A stretch of DNA of 64,000 nucleotides from Octopus vulgaris. Taxonomy: Eukaryota. The DNA lies in NCBI GenBank assembly GCA_951406725.2, contig OX597837.1, positions 47,182,001 to 47,246,000 on the forward strand, given 5' to 3'. A program made the position numbers and the translations under genes. Positions within the stretch are counted from its first letter, which is position 1. Every line of letters starts with the position of its first letter. Of this stretch, positions 14,541 to 27,186 are shown in pieces. The notes beneath the pieces are model-generated. The model did not search any database, was not told the DNA's origin, and was given only the letters and a program-made list of their open reading frames with translations.

Positions 14541-15159
14541 GACAAATATTATTATTATTTTCATTATTACTATTATTATTATCATCTTAGTTGTTATATA
14601 GCTCCTCCCCAACTTGTGGAAGGCTATGTCTGATGTTGAGTGTTTGTGTGTGAAAATGGTGTGGATTCAAGCTTGGCCAAATGATTCAGAAATTTGCTTT
14701 GCAATTATAAGCTCATAGGTTTGATCCTATTGCACACCTTGGACAGGTGTTTTACCAGTCTTGGGTTGACCAAAGGTTTGTCAATGATTATGGGTAGAGA
14801 GAAACTGTACAGAAGAGGGGGAATGAACTAAACGAATGATTCAAAGGCCTGGCCTTGTCTGTATAGCATCCATAGCTATCAGAGTATATATGTGTGTGTG
14901 TGTGTGTGTGTGTAGATATGAAAGTGTGTTTATGCCAATGTGTGTGTGTGTATGAGTACATATAAAAGTATATTTATGTTAGTGTATGTACATTGTGTAA
15001 ATACAATAGTATATTTATGCCAATATAAGTGCATTTGTGCGCTTAAATACAAGTGCATCTATGTTCATATAAGTGCATGTGCGTGTGAGCGTGTAAATAT
15101 GCGTAATTGTAACAAAAGAAGGTAACTTAGTAAAACATACAAAAAAACAATAAACTTAC

Positions 15160-15279
15160 CAATAATTTTCTTTCTCATATATGGTACCAACAGGAAATAG
15201 ACTCCCAGGGCAACCAAAATTCCAACACCAAATGTAATGATGAAGACACCATAGAGAGGGATTTTGTCAAATCCAAGCA
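15160..15279 (-). CDS. SLC20A: SLC20 coding exon 6
   Basis: tttttcag| LGFDKIPLYGVFIITFGVGILVALGVYFLLVPYMRKKII |GTAAGT; TM helix before the large loop; phase 1-1. Confidence 0.94.
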
Positions 15280-15489
15280 CTGAAAAATAGTGTAGTATTA
15301 TTATTATTATTATTCAGGGTTTATGATGAATACTTGCAGAAATACAATGGGAGGTAGGTAACAAGTTGAAAGGTTAAAATCTCTTATCTGAAATTTTTCA
15401 TCCTCTGAGATTCGTATTTTACAGCCAATGGAATAGGAGGGTCAACGTGCATTAGTTTATATAGGGTGGTGGTGGGGAAGTAGGAAATC

Positions 15490-16025
15490 AAAATCAAAAT
15501 CAAATTCGATGACTGGCATCTGTGCTAGTGGGGTGCAAAGAGCACCATACGAGTGTGATCGTTGACAGAGCAGCTGACCAGCTTCTGTGCCAGTGGCACA
15601 TAAAAGGGCACCATTCGAGCGTGATCGTTACCAGCGTAGCCTTACTGACACTTGTGCCCATGCTAGTAGGGTGCTAAGAGCACCATCCAAGCGTGATCAT
15701 TGCCAGAGCAGCCAACTGGCTCCTTGCCATGGCACATAAAAGGTCACCATTCGAGCGTGATCGTTACCAACGTCGCCTTACTGGCACCTGTACCAGTGGC
15801 ATGTGTAAAAAGATTCGAGCGAGGTCATTGCCAGTACTGCCTGACTGGCCCCCGTGCCGGTGGCACGTAAAAGCACCCACTACACTCTTGGAGGGGTTGG
15901 CTTTGGGAAGGGCATCCAGCTGTAGAAACTCTGCCAGATCAAGATTGGAGTCTGGCTTGCCAGTCCTCAGTCAAAATCGTCCAACCCATGCTAGCATGGA
16001 AAGCGGACATTAAACAATGATGATT
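15490..16025 (+). mobile_element. RTE-type 3'-UTR repeat with internal tandem units
   Basis: ggaagggcatccagctgtagaaac...gctagcatggaaagcggac..(gat)n; related copies at ~6250, 10150, 17940, 26760, 40735, 44715, 46268, 49420, 55300. Confidence 0.75.
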
Positions 16026-16236
16026 ATTATTATTATTATTATTATTATTATTTCAGGGCCGATAAAATAAGTACCAGTGAAACACTGGGGGGGGGGGGAG
16101 TCAATATAATCGACTGGTCCTCTTCCCCAAAATTTCAGACCTTGTGCTTATAGTAGAAAGGATTATTATCTAGTTACATCTCTTAGATATACACAAATAT
16201 AAAAGAGCTAATATAAAGGAGGTTTTAAGGACTTAC

Positions 16237-16333
16237 ATTCAGATCCTTCAAAGAAGATAGAAAAAAGATTGACAGCAATTGTTGAGGCATAAAATATTGG
16301 AAGAAACTTTAAACCAGGTTCCAAAGAATTTGC
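16237..16333 (-). CDS. SLC20A: SLC20 coding exon 5
   Basis: tttgcag| ANSLEPGLKFLPIFYASTIAVNLFSIFFEGSE |GTAAGT; phase 0-1; translated by hand (not in ORF track). Confidence 0.94.
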
Positions 16334-17323
16334 CTGCAAAATGAAGGAAATAAATATACATGCAAACATCAATACAAACACACACACACAGAATTTCTAC
16401 ATCAATGATTAGGAATAGGTGTAACACTTCAACACCTGATTCTATTTTTCCCCATTCATTACCACTAATAATTATATATCATATTATCATTATTGAGTGA
16501 AATATCTTCAAATAATACAACACATTTAAATTGATGGGGTTTTTCTAAGGATGTGAGCAGTACCTGTCAGCACAATCTTTTGGATTTCTGAGACATGGTT
16601 CTCCTGGGATGTTATCTAGATGTTTCTGACATCTCTTTTTATCATAGAAAATATTATCGTTATTATTAGTAGTAGCAGCAGCAGTATGTGGAGCTGATAG
16701 AATCGGTAGCACACTGGGCAAAATACTTAGCATTTCGTCTTTTTGCAGTTGATAAAATAAGTACCAGTTGAGCACTACGGTGAATGTAATCGACTTAACC
16801 CACCCCCAAAATTGGCGGCCTTGTGCCAAAACTTGAAACTATACCTAGGGCACCTACATTAACAGGAATAGTTCTTATTTTAAGATACCACATCGTTTGT
16901 ATTTCAATTTCCAGCTCCTTATATTTACTTAATTTGTCAAATTCCTTTACAGATATATTTTTATCAGTGGGAACACTTACAGCTATTTAGTCTACAAATA
17001 TTTCTTGCTTGTCTTTAACGATTATGTCTGGTTAATTAATCTGAATCATTCTGTCGGTGTTGACTGGAAAATCTCAGAGTATGGTGACATTTTTATCTTC
17101 AACAACTGGAAGCAGAAATGCCAGTTTTGTAGTGTTTACATAGTTTCCAATGTAAATACTGACCTTACCCTATTGTGGTGATTTTTGTATTTGTTTAGTG
17201 TCAGTACAGGACATCTTGATACGGAATGGTCCATTGCTTTGTCAAATGTGTTGCAGAATCTGTATTTAGGGTCATCCCATATAGGTCAGCCACATTTAGG
17301 TAGCAAATATACTTCACGATGTG

Positions 17324-17366
<43 letters not shown>

Positions 17367-17369
<3 letters not shown>

Positions 17370-17660
17370 TAAGCAATAGGTTATCATGTAGTGATGCAGT
17401 ACAACCGTTTTAAGTGAGTCCATTTAATTGAACAATGCAATCATTACATCAATTTAAATGCAGTGCCATCTTCTTGCTCTGTTAAAATATTTGAGAAAAA
17501 TTATATCAGTGTCTCCGCCTGGTTAAAATTCTATTTATTTATTTGTGCAGCTGAAGATGGATCTGCATTTAAATTGATGGAATGATTGCATTGCTTCATT
17601 AAATGGAGTCGCTGGAAATGGTTGTATTGCATCACTACTTGATATCCTGTTGCTTACTTT
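17367..17660. repeat. Inverted repeat (~105 bp arms); related single arms at ~22645 and ~22995
   Basis: 17367-17473 is the reverse complement of 17553-17660. Confidence 0.8.
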
Positions 17661-17753
17661 GATTTTATTCACCTTACTTCGAGCAGTGTGAATAATAACG
17701 GACTGACTTGGTGCTTCGATTTAAGTGCCTAATTCAACTGAATCTCAATTATT

Positions 17754-17799
<46 letters not shown>

Positions 17800-18460
17800 A
17801 TTAAAGCTAGTTATGGCTGGTCTTTGAGGCTAACCAGGGTTTCACATCCATGATTACTCTGCTGTTCTCTAACTTTCGCTCTATAAATTGCAGTGTGCTT
17901 CTCCTTCAGATTTATGATTTACTGATGGTATACAAACATCATCATCATCATTTAGTGTCCGCTGGCATGGGGTGGATTGTTTGACTGGGCTGGCATGCGG
18001 AAGGCTGTGCCATGATCCAGTCTGATTTGGCATGGTTTTCAACAGCTGGATGCCCTTCCTAATGCCAATCCCTCCAAGACTGTAATGGGTGCTTATACAT
18101 ACCACCAGCACAGGTGCCATTTGCGTGACACCAGTATCTGCCATGACTGCGATTTTGCTCAGCATGATGGGTCCTCTTCTTCTCAAGCACACCATAATGC
18201 CAAAGGTCTTGGTCATTGGTTCCACGAGGCCCAACGCTCGAAAGCTCAGCTACTTTACCTCCATGAGGCCCAACACTTGAAAGAAATGCAGCCAACTCAC
18301 CTCCGTAAGGCCCAAACACTCAAGACGAACTCAGCCACTTTAAAGTCTCATTTCCAAGAACTAAAACAGATTTCATGTCGACCATTCTATGAACATTTCT
18401 TTGACCATCAAATCAGCAATCATGCGTTAATTTTTTTTTTTGTGGGTCAAATTGTGTGTG

Positions 18461-18474
<14 letters not shown>

Positions 18475-18548
<74 letters not shown>
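18475..18548. repeat. (GA)n microsatellite
   Basis: Direct reading. Confidence 0.95.
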
Positions 18549-18551
<3 letters not shown>

Positions 18552-18591
18552 CATGTGTATGCAAACATATAGAAAGAAAAGTAGCACTTAC

Positions 18592-18677
18592 AGCATTGAG
18601 GACGAAGTATCTGATGAGAATGAATATGCCAGTTGAGACGAGGCCTGAGAGGAGGGGAGATATGAACCAGGAACTGA
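18592..18677 (-). CDS. SLC20A: SLC20 coding exon 4
   Basis: ttctacag| SSWFISPLLSGLVSTGIFILIRYFVLNA |GTAAGT; SWFxSP motif; phase 1-0. Confidence 0.95.
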
Positions 18678-18756
18678 CTGTAGAAGAAAAAAAAAGAATA
18701 TCAATCAATATGATGATTGTTACATTGGGGGATGGGTCATATTTTGCCAATTGAAC

Positions 18757-19006
18757 ACATGCACTGTACATTTGCTCTTCACTTCAGCTTTGTTAATATT
18801 ACTTTAGTTTCTTTGTCAAAGCTCTTTCGTCACACGTCTTGTGACCTCTTCAGCAACTCTGAATCCCACATTCCCATGGGATTCAAAGAGTCACTGAAGG
18901 GGTCACATGGGATAAAGTATGACATGTGATGAAAGAGCTTTGACAAAGAAACTAAAGTAATAATACTAAAGCTCAAGTGAAGACCAAATGGATATAGGGT
19001 GCATGT
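18757..19006. repeat. Inverted repeat with a hammerhead-like motif in each arm
   Basis: Arms are reverse complements; minus 18815-18857 GTTG-CTGAAGA-G-GTCACA agacg TGTGAC-GAAA-GAGC-TT-TGAC; plus 18890-18944 is similar. Confidence 0.75.
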
Positions 19007-19409
19007 TGTAAGCCTTTAGCATTCAGATTTCTTTGTTAAATGTGATGCTTATTTATTCGCATTGTTTTGAATTAATTATGCATTATCTTGTAGCTTCAAC
19101 ATTTCAATGATGTGTTTGTATATTTTTAGAATGACTTTGTAGAGTTGGTGTGAGAGGTTGGATCTGGTCAGGTTTAACATAAAACAGGTAGGACATTTGG
19201 GCCAGATATGACCAGATTAATGCTAAAGGGTTAATTGGCAAATATGACCACCCCATGTATTACAATATCTGTTACAACTCAAAAAAAAAAAGTACCAGAC
19301 AAAATGGGAAATAAATAAATTTAAAGAGAAAAAAAAATCCTGTCTAATATGAAAGATGGGTCTGTGGTTGTGATTTTGGTGGTTAGGGTTAGGGTTATAA
19401 ATTACTTAC

Positions 19410-19550
19410 TGATAATTCCTAATTTTGACCATTTCACTCCTTTTGAACCATGAGCAACTAGGGCAAAACCAAGGGTAGACCCTACTATACTGTGTGTGGC
19501 AGAGACTGGAAGACGGAGGAATGTTGCAAGGAGAAGCCAGAAGCAGGAAC
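19410..19550 (-). CDS. SLC20A: SLC20 coding exon 3
   Basis: tttttcctag| [46 protein letters not shown] |GTAAGT; PHO4 LPVSxTH motif; 141 nt. Confidence 0.96.
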
Positions 19551-19928
19551 CTAGGAAAAAAGAAGAAAAAAAGACTTTCATGTTATATTTTAAGAATGAC
19601 ATTGTAAGGTAGGTGTGAGAGGTTTGATCTGGACAGTTTTAATGTAAAACAGGTAAAATATTTGGACCAGATATGGGTGGATTAAAAGCTAAAGGGTCAA
19701 GGATCATGTCCAAATATGTTACTATATATATATGAAGGGTTCAGTCTAATACTTTAGGTTACCTGTCAAGGGCTCTGTCTGAGATGTTAGAATTCATATT
19801 TCCTTATGGCACACAAAATTATTCAAACATCAGAAATTTATTAAAAGTTTTAATTTCAGCAGCAGAAATATGAAAGGAAAAGTCAACTTAATCAGGATTT
19901 GAACTGAAAATAACAAGACAACACCTAC

Positions 19929-20030
19929 CCGTGACACTGGCAACATTGCCCATCATCAGGACCTCCTCTGTCCCATTGTAAGGCGTCACATCTATTATGC
20001 CTTTCCGTATTGTATCTGAAACTCGTGCAC
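19929..20030 (-). CDS. SLC20A: SLC20 coding exon 2
   Basis: ttctgtctag| (G)ARVSDTIRKGIIDVTPYNGTEEVLMMGNVASVT(G) |GTAGGT; 102 nt, phase 1-1. Confidence 0.95.
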
Positions 20031-21066
20031 CTAGACAGAAATAATGAGAATCCTGGTTTGAAAGTTGCAAAAATGAGAGTGTGTGTGTATGTGTAGATAT
20101 ATATAAGTATATGTATGTGTTACAGGTGCATGTTTGTGCTTAAAGCATATGTGAATATCTCTGCATCTATATGCAAGTGTATGCTTGAGAAATACGAGAG
20201 AAATGTTAAGAAAAATATAGTTCCCAATGATCCCTCATTTCAGTAGTGAAGTACCATTTACCTAGATGGTACTTCATTATGTAGACGACTTAGAAGAGAC
20301 TATATTGTATTATAACCCCATGTCCAGTTCTTCATTACCAGGACATTGACTCTAGAATTCTCTCCTTGTACACATTTTAAGGCGGAATGCTTAGCGGTAG
20401 AAATATATATTGTATTATAAAGCCAAGAACCATATGGCTATGTTGAAAAACTATCGTATAAAAATAAAACTACGGTATATACTTGACTATAAAATGCCCC
20501 CACCTATAAGACCCCCCACACACACACACTCCAACTTACAAGGTTCAAATTGACAATTTTATCATTGACCCAACTATAAGTTGCAGTGATCTTTTTTATG
20601 TTGGAGAGCAAAGTTCAATTAGGAATCGCAACAACAGAGTTGTTGTTTGGTAACCAAGCTTTCACTGAACTGAAGATGACTTACAACAACCGTTGCCCCA
20701 TTAAGTCCAAGAATTTTAGAAACTGTTGTTCATAATGTAAAATAAATAAAAAGAAGAGTAATTAGGAGATAGAGAAGGGACACAATAAAGAAAAAACTGT
20801 TGAGGTTCAACTTCAGGCCAACAAACAGACCTATTGTGAAAGGCTTTCCAACCATGACCAATCCTGTCTTTTAAGAATATCTATAACTATATCACTTAAA
20901 GGGTATTTTATATTTAAGATTGCAAGGTGTGATATAAGGAAAAAAGTCGAATGAAAAACTAAAAGACGATGAAGGTGGCAATGAAGAGAAAAGAGTACAA
21001 GAAGGAAAAAACAGAAACAAAAATTAAAAAAAAAAAGGAAAGGAAAAGAAATAAGCTGTTCCTTAC

Positions 21067-21256
21067 CAAGCAAAATGGCTCCAAGAGTTTCGAAAATTGT
21101 AGCTAGAATGCAGGCCTGTTTTAGAGTCAGAACTTTGGCTCCAACCGAAGTACCAAAGGAGTTTGCAACATCATTAGCACCGATGCCAAATGCCAGAACA
21201 AAGGCAATGACAAATCCTACAACTACCATCCATAACCAGTTTTCTGGGATGTCCAT
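21067..21256 (-). CDS. SLC20A: SLC20/PiT Na+-phosphate cotransporter, coding exon 1
   Basis: aaaATGG start; [39 protein letters not shown] contains the PHO4 GANDVAN signature; donor G|GTAAGG, phase 1. Confidence 0.96.
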
Positions 21257-21819
21257 TTTGGGAATGGTTGTGGTGGTGGTGAAAGTGGAGATGGATGGAT
21301 GGATGGATGGATGGGGGGGAAATTAGAAACCTAATTAAATTGAACGTGTCAAAATAATACCAGCTGGAGCACTACCACTATGGATTGTGGTACTGACGAT
21401 GAAGGTGTGGCTGTTGGTGGTGGTGGTGGTGGTGGCAAGTGCTGGTGGTATTGAGCTTGGTGGTGATGGTAAAAACAAACCAAAGTAACAATAAATATAA
21501 ATGAAAACTAAAACACCCACAGCCTGAACAACACCCACCTCGTTCTTAAGATGGAGAGGATGGTAGTGATGGTGGAAATGAAGATGGTGAATGATGGTGG
21601 TAGGGGCTGTGTTGAGATATAAGAAGCACCACAGGAAGTTTTTGTTGTTGTTGTTTCTTTTTGTCAATTGGAAGGCAGCTTAGCAGCAAATGTATATCAA
21701 AAAGGAAAGGTTGGGTTTCTTGGGGTTTGAGGCTTAAGGATGAATGGGCAAAAATTAAAATATATATATTATTTTTCTTTGTTCTTCAGTGATTTTGTTG
21801 GTAATAGATGGTTTCTGGG
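21257..21819 (-). other. 5'-UTR portion of the first coding exon
   Basis: Acceptor ttattccatttcag| at 21820; no ATG on the minus strand across 563 nt up to the start codon. Confidence 0.65.
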
Positions 21820-21953
21820 CTGAAATGGAATAATAAAAATTTTTTTTATTCATACACAGACAGAGGGACAAAAAAATGAAACACAAAATATATAACGCCA
21901 TGATAGATCATTAGCCACTACACATTTTTTTCTCTCCTTGTTTTTCTGTGTCC

Positions 21954-21989
21954 CTTTCTGTAGAAGAGCGTAGGCTCGAAACGTAAAAG
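21954..21989 (+). ncRNA. Minimal hammerhead-like motif in a repeat (~21895-22080)
   Basis: CTTT-CTGTAGA-A-GAGC gtag GCTC-GAAA-CG-TA-AAAG; palindromic ACGT stem III. Confidence 0.55.
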
Positions 21990-22072
21990 ACTTTTTCTAT
22001 TCCTGAGCGTTATACTAATACATCTGTTTGTTTTGTACACCACCTGTCTTCATCTTTTGTTTTTCTCGTAAA

Positions 22073-22126
<54 letters not shown>

Positions 22127-22129
<3 letters not shown>

Positions 22130-22400
22130 GATCAATAAGTATCTGGACTGTTGCCATAGTAACAAAACTAAAGCACACAGAGTGAAGCTGCTTGGCACAG
22201 ACTGACCTTGAACTCTGCTATGTATGTGCACTAAGCTAGAATGTCTAGCTTACTCCTGCTGTTTACAGCAGTGCTTGAAAGGAATGTGTGTAGCGTGTGA
22301 TCATTGCATTGATCATGGCAGAGAAGGCTGAGCAGAGAACCTGCATCAAATTTTGTCAAAAGCTAGGCGAAAGCTGTTCAGAGACCTACAATCAAGGAGA
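22127..22400 (+). mobile_element. mariner 5' end with transposase start
   Basis: MAEKAEQRTCIKFCQKLGESCSETY (mariner HTH N-terminus). Confidence 0.8.
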
Positions 22401-23558
22401 TCTTGTGCAACTGAGATTTTCATGTTCACCTTGTATTCTAAAGAATTTATTTAAAATTGGACAAAAAAATCATACAAAAAGACGTTGGACAAAGTGACAT
22501 CGGACGAAAAGTCAGGTCATGATATATATATATTGTTGGTATGGCTGGCAGTAATGATTCATGCATACATATTTACACATGTACTTATATGTAACAAATA
22601 AACATATATGTATGATATATATATATATATATATATATAATCAAAATAAGCAACAAGGATATCCAAGGTAGTGTAGTACAATCGTTTCATGCTACTTCAT
22701 TTTATTAAACACTGTAAGTATTACATCAGTTTTAAAATGTCGAGCAATCTTCAGCCACATATAGAATTTTTTAATTAAATGGACAATGCACATTTTTATA
22801 CTTATTTCATTTGCCAACATTACAAAGAGGGTAGATATACAGACAGAGAGATTAATTTCATTATTAAGAACATGGCACTAGAAGGTCCTTCTCCATCTGT
22901 AGATTTTTTTTATCACTGAGTTCACTTTGCTATTTAGATCTATCAGTGGGGAGGGAGTTTCTATTCTTGGTTCACATATATATATATATCTAAAGCAAAT
23001 AAGTAACAAGGACGTCCAAGTATCAGTGCACTACAGCTGTTTCAAGTGGAATCATTTAACTGATCATTGAAAACATTACATCAATTTGAAACAAACCACT
23101 CTCCTCGGATGCAGATCACGATATAGGTTTCCAGTATAAAGGATACACCGTTATTTTTTAACAAATTTTCATCAGTACAAGAGACTAATATAATTACATT
23201 GTTTTCTCTTGCAATTTTTGTGGCAGAATGAATTTACGGAAAGAAATATATAACTAAAGCCTACTTTAATTTAGAGTGGTAGAGAAAAGTAATGGGTTCA
23301 AGAAAGTTGAAAGGGGATATAGCTACATTTATATTTGCCTTTATCACATTAAAATGGTATAGTTTTATATTGTTTTACTTGTTTCGGTCATGTGAGTGCA
23401 GCCATGCTGGAGCACTGCATTTAGTCAAAGAAACCGACCACAGGATTTATTCTTTGTAAGCCTTAGTACTTAGTCTATTGGATTGTTTTGCCAAATGGCT
23501 AAGTTATAGGGATGTAAACACAGCAACATCAGTTGTCAAACGATGGTGGGGTGTACAT

Positions 23559-23609
<51 letters not shown>

Positions 23610-23610
23610 T

Positions 23611-23774
23611 AGGTGTAGGAGTGGCTGTGTGGTAAGTAGCTTGCTTACAAACCACATGGTTCCAAGTTCAGTCCCACTGCACGTCACCTTGGGTGAGTGT
23701 CTTCTACTATAGCCTCGAGCTGACCAAAGTCTTGAATAGATTTGGTAGACAGAAACTGAAGGAAGCCCGTCATA

Positions 23775-23851
<77 letters not shown>

Positions 23852-24079
23852 ATGTGTGTGTGTGTATATGTTTTGTGTGTCTGTGTCTGTCCCCCCCAAA
23901 ATCGTTTGACAACTGATGCTGGTGTGTTTATGTCCCCGTAACTTAGCGGTTTGGTAAAAGAGGCTGATAGAATAAGTACTAAGCTTACTAAGAATAAGTC
24001 CTGGGGTCAATTTGCTCGACTAAAGGTGGTGCTACAGCATGGCCACAGTCAAATGACTGAAACAAGTAAAAGAGTAAGA

Positions 24080-24080
<1 letters not shown>
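23611..24080 (+). mobile_element. tRNA-derived SINE, full length, internal (TA)n
   Basis: Same family as 12362-12735. Confidence 0.88.
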
Positions 24081-24118
<38 letters not shown>

Positions 24119-24276
24119 AAAATGGAGAAACAAATTTAGTTTGTTCATCAACTTTCGGATATTATAATGTTGGATTATTTATTCATTTAACAAAATGAGA
24201 ACATCAAAAGCATACAAAATATTATATAAATCAATATCCCATACTGGGTTACAGCCATAACCCCTATCTTACTTTG

Positions 24277-24322
<46 letters not shown>

Positions 24323-24670
24323 CAAAATAGTAAGTTGTAAAACCTCAATAAGAGATGAGAGTAGTAACGATACCAACAAGTAAAGTTAATCACCACATCA
24401 CTGTGGCTGTTCCATGTTGCTACTAGTTTAACCCCAGGCAGATCTTCCACCGCCTGGTGATATATATTCCTTCATTCATTCATATTTAAATCCACTTTCT
24501 ATGCTAGCATAACTTAGATAAATATATAATCAAAGCAGTGTTTTACAACAACTGGATACCCTTCTTGCTGCTAATATGTGTTTGAAAGTATAATAGTAGA
24601 CACACAGACGGACATATATGCATGAACACATAAGTTTACTAAACATAAACCAGGGAGGCTGTGTACTTAC

Positions 24671-24744
24671 CACTGTGTACAATGGAAGTATTTTCAGGTG
24701 GATCATTGTGGCATCAAATGATTAAGTTGATTTGGGAGATCAAT
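24671..24744 (-). other. 74-nt 5'-UTR exon of SLC20 carrying uATGs
   Basis: Long polypyrimidine tract ttttttttctatcttttcag| and donor GTG|GTAAGT; no repeat similarity recognised. Confidence 0.65.
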
Positions 24745-25739
24745 CTGAAAAGATAGAAAAAAAACAAAATACAGAAATAAAATAATGCAAAGACATACAA
24801 AAAAAAAAGATATTTTCTGCTCCTCAATTCTTCTTTTTTTAAACATAGGTGCTGGTGTGACTGGGATTAAGATGTGTGCTTCCCATTCATATGGTTTGGG
24901 GTTCAGTCCCACTGCACAGCACCTTGGGAAAATGTGTTCTACTTATAGCCCTAGGCCAATCAAATCACCTTGTAAGAGGATTTGATAGATGGAGACATTA
25001 AAGAAGCTTATCGTGTGTGCGTATGTGTGTGTGCATGTGTGTGTGTGTGTATGTGTCTCCTTGCCTTGACATCATGAAATAGTTGTAAATGAGTGTCACT
25101 GACATAGAAGTGGTGTCATTCATTTCCAATGTTCTGCAAAAACATCATCTCTGACCTGGCAGAAGTATTAGCTTGATTAGAAACAGCCGAACGGTGGCAA
25201 CATGAAAGACATCCAGCTACAGAAGACCTGCTCGGTAATGAAAGCATGGGAAAGTGGATGTTAAAATGATGATGACGATGATGATGATGAGTGAGAGTAA
25301 AAAAGTATGTAAACAAAGTACTCTGTTGAGTTACATCCCTTTAACCTAAAGGCAGACTTAGCCAACTGATAAACAGAGATCGATTATATAAGACTAAGCA
25401 TGTGAATGAATTTAATCAACTGGTGACAGTCTTAGGAATACCGGGCTTAGATGGAATTCCTAAGACTCTTACCAGGAAAAGAACAAAAAGCTTATAATGT
25501 CAGGAATTTAGATGGAATATAAAATCCAAGACATAAGACCATTTCAAAGGAACGACTTCTGCAGTTCTCAATGTCAGGTGACCAGTTAAAGTTTCTGGAA
25601 AGTTTAGCCATCTAAGTTTTTCATTTTCTTTTTTTTTTTTTACCTTTATCATTCAGATTATCCGGTCAAATGTAATACTTATTCATCCCCATCATTGTGT
25701 ATTAATCTTGCATTAGGGATTTCAATGATGTGATTGTTT

Positions 25740-27085
25740 ATGCAAGAGAGAAGACTACGTTGGTTTGGACATGTGGTGCATATGAATGAGGACAGCTGCA
25801 TAAAGAAGTGCCAATCACTGAAAGTGGATGAGTGGATGGTATCCGCAGAAGAGGGAGACCCAGGAAGACATGGGATGAAATGGTAAGGACCGATCTAAGG
25901 AATGTTGGGCCTCATGGAGGAAATGACAATAGAGCGAGATGTCTGGCAATATGAGGTTCTTGAGGAGACCCACCCCATGTCAGCAAAACTGAGTTCTAGA
26001 AGTGTTGTGTGACCCACGCGACCCTTAACGAGAAAACTTCTCACACACCCTACCACAACAAATCTAACTACATCTCTTCTCTTCCTCACATTTCCACTTC
26101 ATGCACCATGCTTATCTCCCACTCTCCAATCCTGTCCTCTTGGTCCTGTCTCACTGTATCATTGCTATCCTCAGCCCCCACCCCCCGACCTGTGTGTTCC
26201 ACCCCCACCCACATGTAACAAGAGGAATTTTCACACACCCTCCCCCAACAAACCAATCTACATCTCTTCTCTTCCTCACACTTCCTCCTTCATACACCAT
26301 GCCTACCTCTCACTCTCCAATCCTGTCCTCATGCACCTGTTCCTCTCTATTATTGCTATCCTGTAACCCCAGACTCTATATACCCAGGTTTTCACCATTC
26401 ACACTCCACCCCTCCCCACTCTCTAATCATGCTTCTTTGGCAATATCATCCTACCACTTATATTCTGATCCCTGCCCCTTGTGAGTATGCCTGGCACTGC
26501 CACCATCTCTATCCTGCTGTCTCCCACTCTCTCTCTCTCTCTCTCCTTCTGCACTTCTCTCAGGTTGGGCAAGCATATATTTCCTTTGCAGCAGTGCACC
26601 TGTTTCTGTCTTCCTTCTTGATCTCTCTGCCTCTCCCTTTCTGGCCAGGTAACCTCGTACCTCCTCTACAGCAACACACCTGTTTTTGTCCCTCTGTTTC
26701 ACTATAACCGTTCATCATCTAACACAAGATCATCTCCTCCAATCCCCCCTTCCTCTCTCAAAGGATCTTTGTCTCGCAAGTTACCTCGGTGACCCTGTCA
26801 GTGCAAGTGCCACTTAAAAAGCATCCGGTCCACACTGTGGAGTGGGTGGAGTTGTGAAGGGCATCCAGCTGTAAAAACCTTGCCAAAACTGACCTTTCCT
26901 GTGCTTGTACCATGTAAAAAGCACCAAGTCCACTCTGCTGAGTTGTTGGTGTTAGGAAGGGCATCCAGCTATCAAAATCCTGCCAAAACAGTTACAGAAG
27001 TCTGGTGCAGGGATCTGCCTGGCTGGCTCCTGTCAAACCGTCCCATCCATGCCAGCATGGAAGGTGGACATAAAACGATGACGAT
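25740..27085 (+). mobile_element. RTE LINE 3' end with long 3' UTR
   Basis: RRLRWFGHVVHMNEDSCIKKC...GRPRKTW, then the family 3' tail ending gatgacgat. Confidence 0.8.
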
Positions 27086-27186
27086 ATATATGTATATATG
27101 AATGTATGTATGTATGTATGTATGTATGTATGCATGTATTGTATGTATGTATGTATGTATGTATATATATATATATATATTATATA

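Larger units (their letters stand above)
21769..24706 (-). promoter_or_regulatory. Spliced uORF2, MIHLKILPLYTV|PRNHLLPTKSLKNKEK* (24706-24671 + 21819-21769)
   Basis: Manual translation across the predicted exon junction. Confidence 0.5.

Noticed and set aside
15540-15870. Regularly spaced repeats resembling a CRISPR array
   Set aside because: Internal tandem units of the RTE 3'-UTR repeat; eukaryotic context, no unique spacers or cas genes
19378-19397. (TTAGGG)-like run beside the exon 3 donor
   Set aside because: Only 2-3 units; too short to call an interstitial telomere
21257-21667. Stop-codon readthrough N-terminal extension of SLC20
   Set aside because: Two in-frame TAA stops (21337-21335 and 21325-21323) and no AUG
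23611-23690. tRNA-like A/B boxes (many copies)
   Set aside because: SINE heads without a complete cloverleaf
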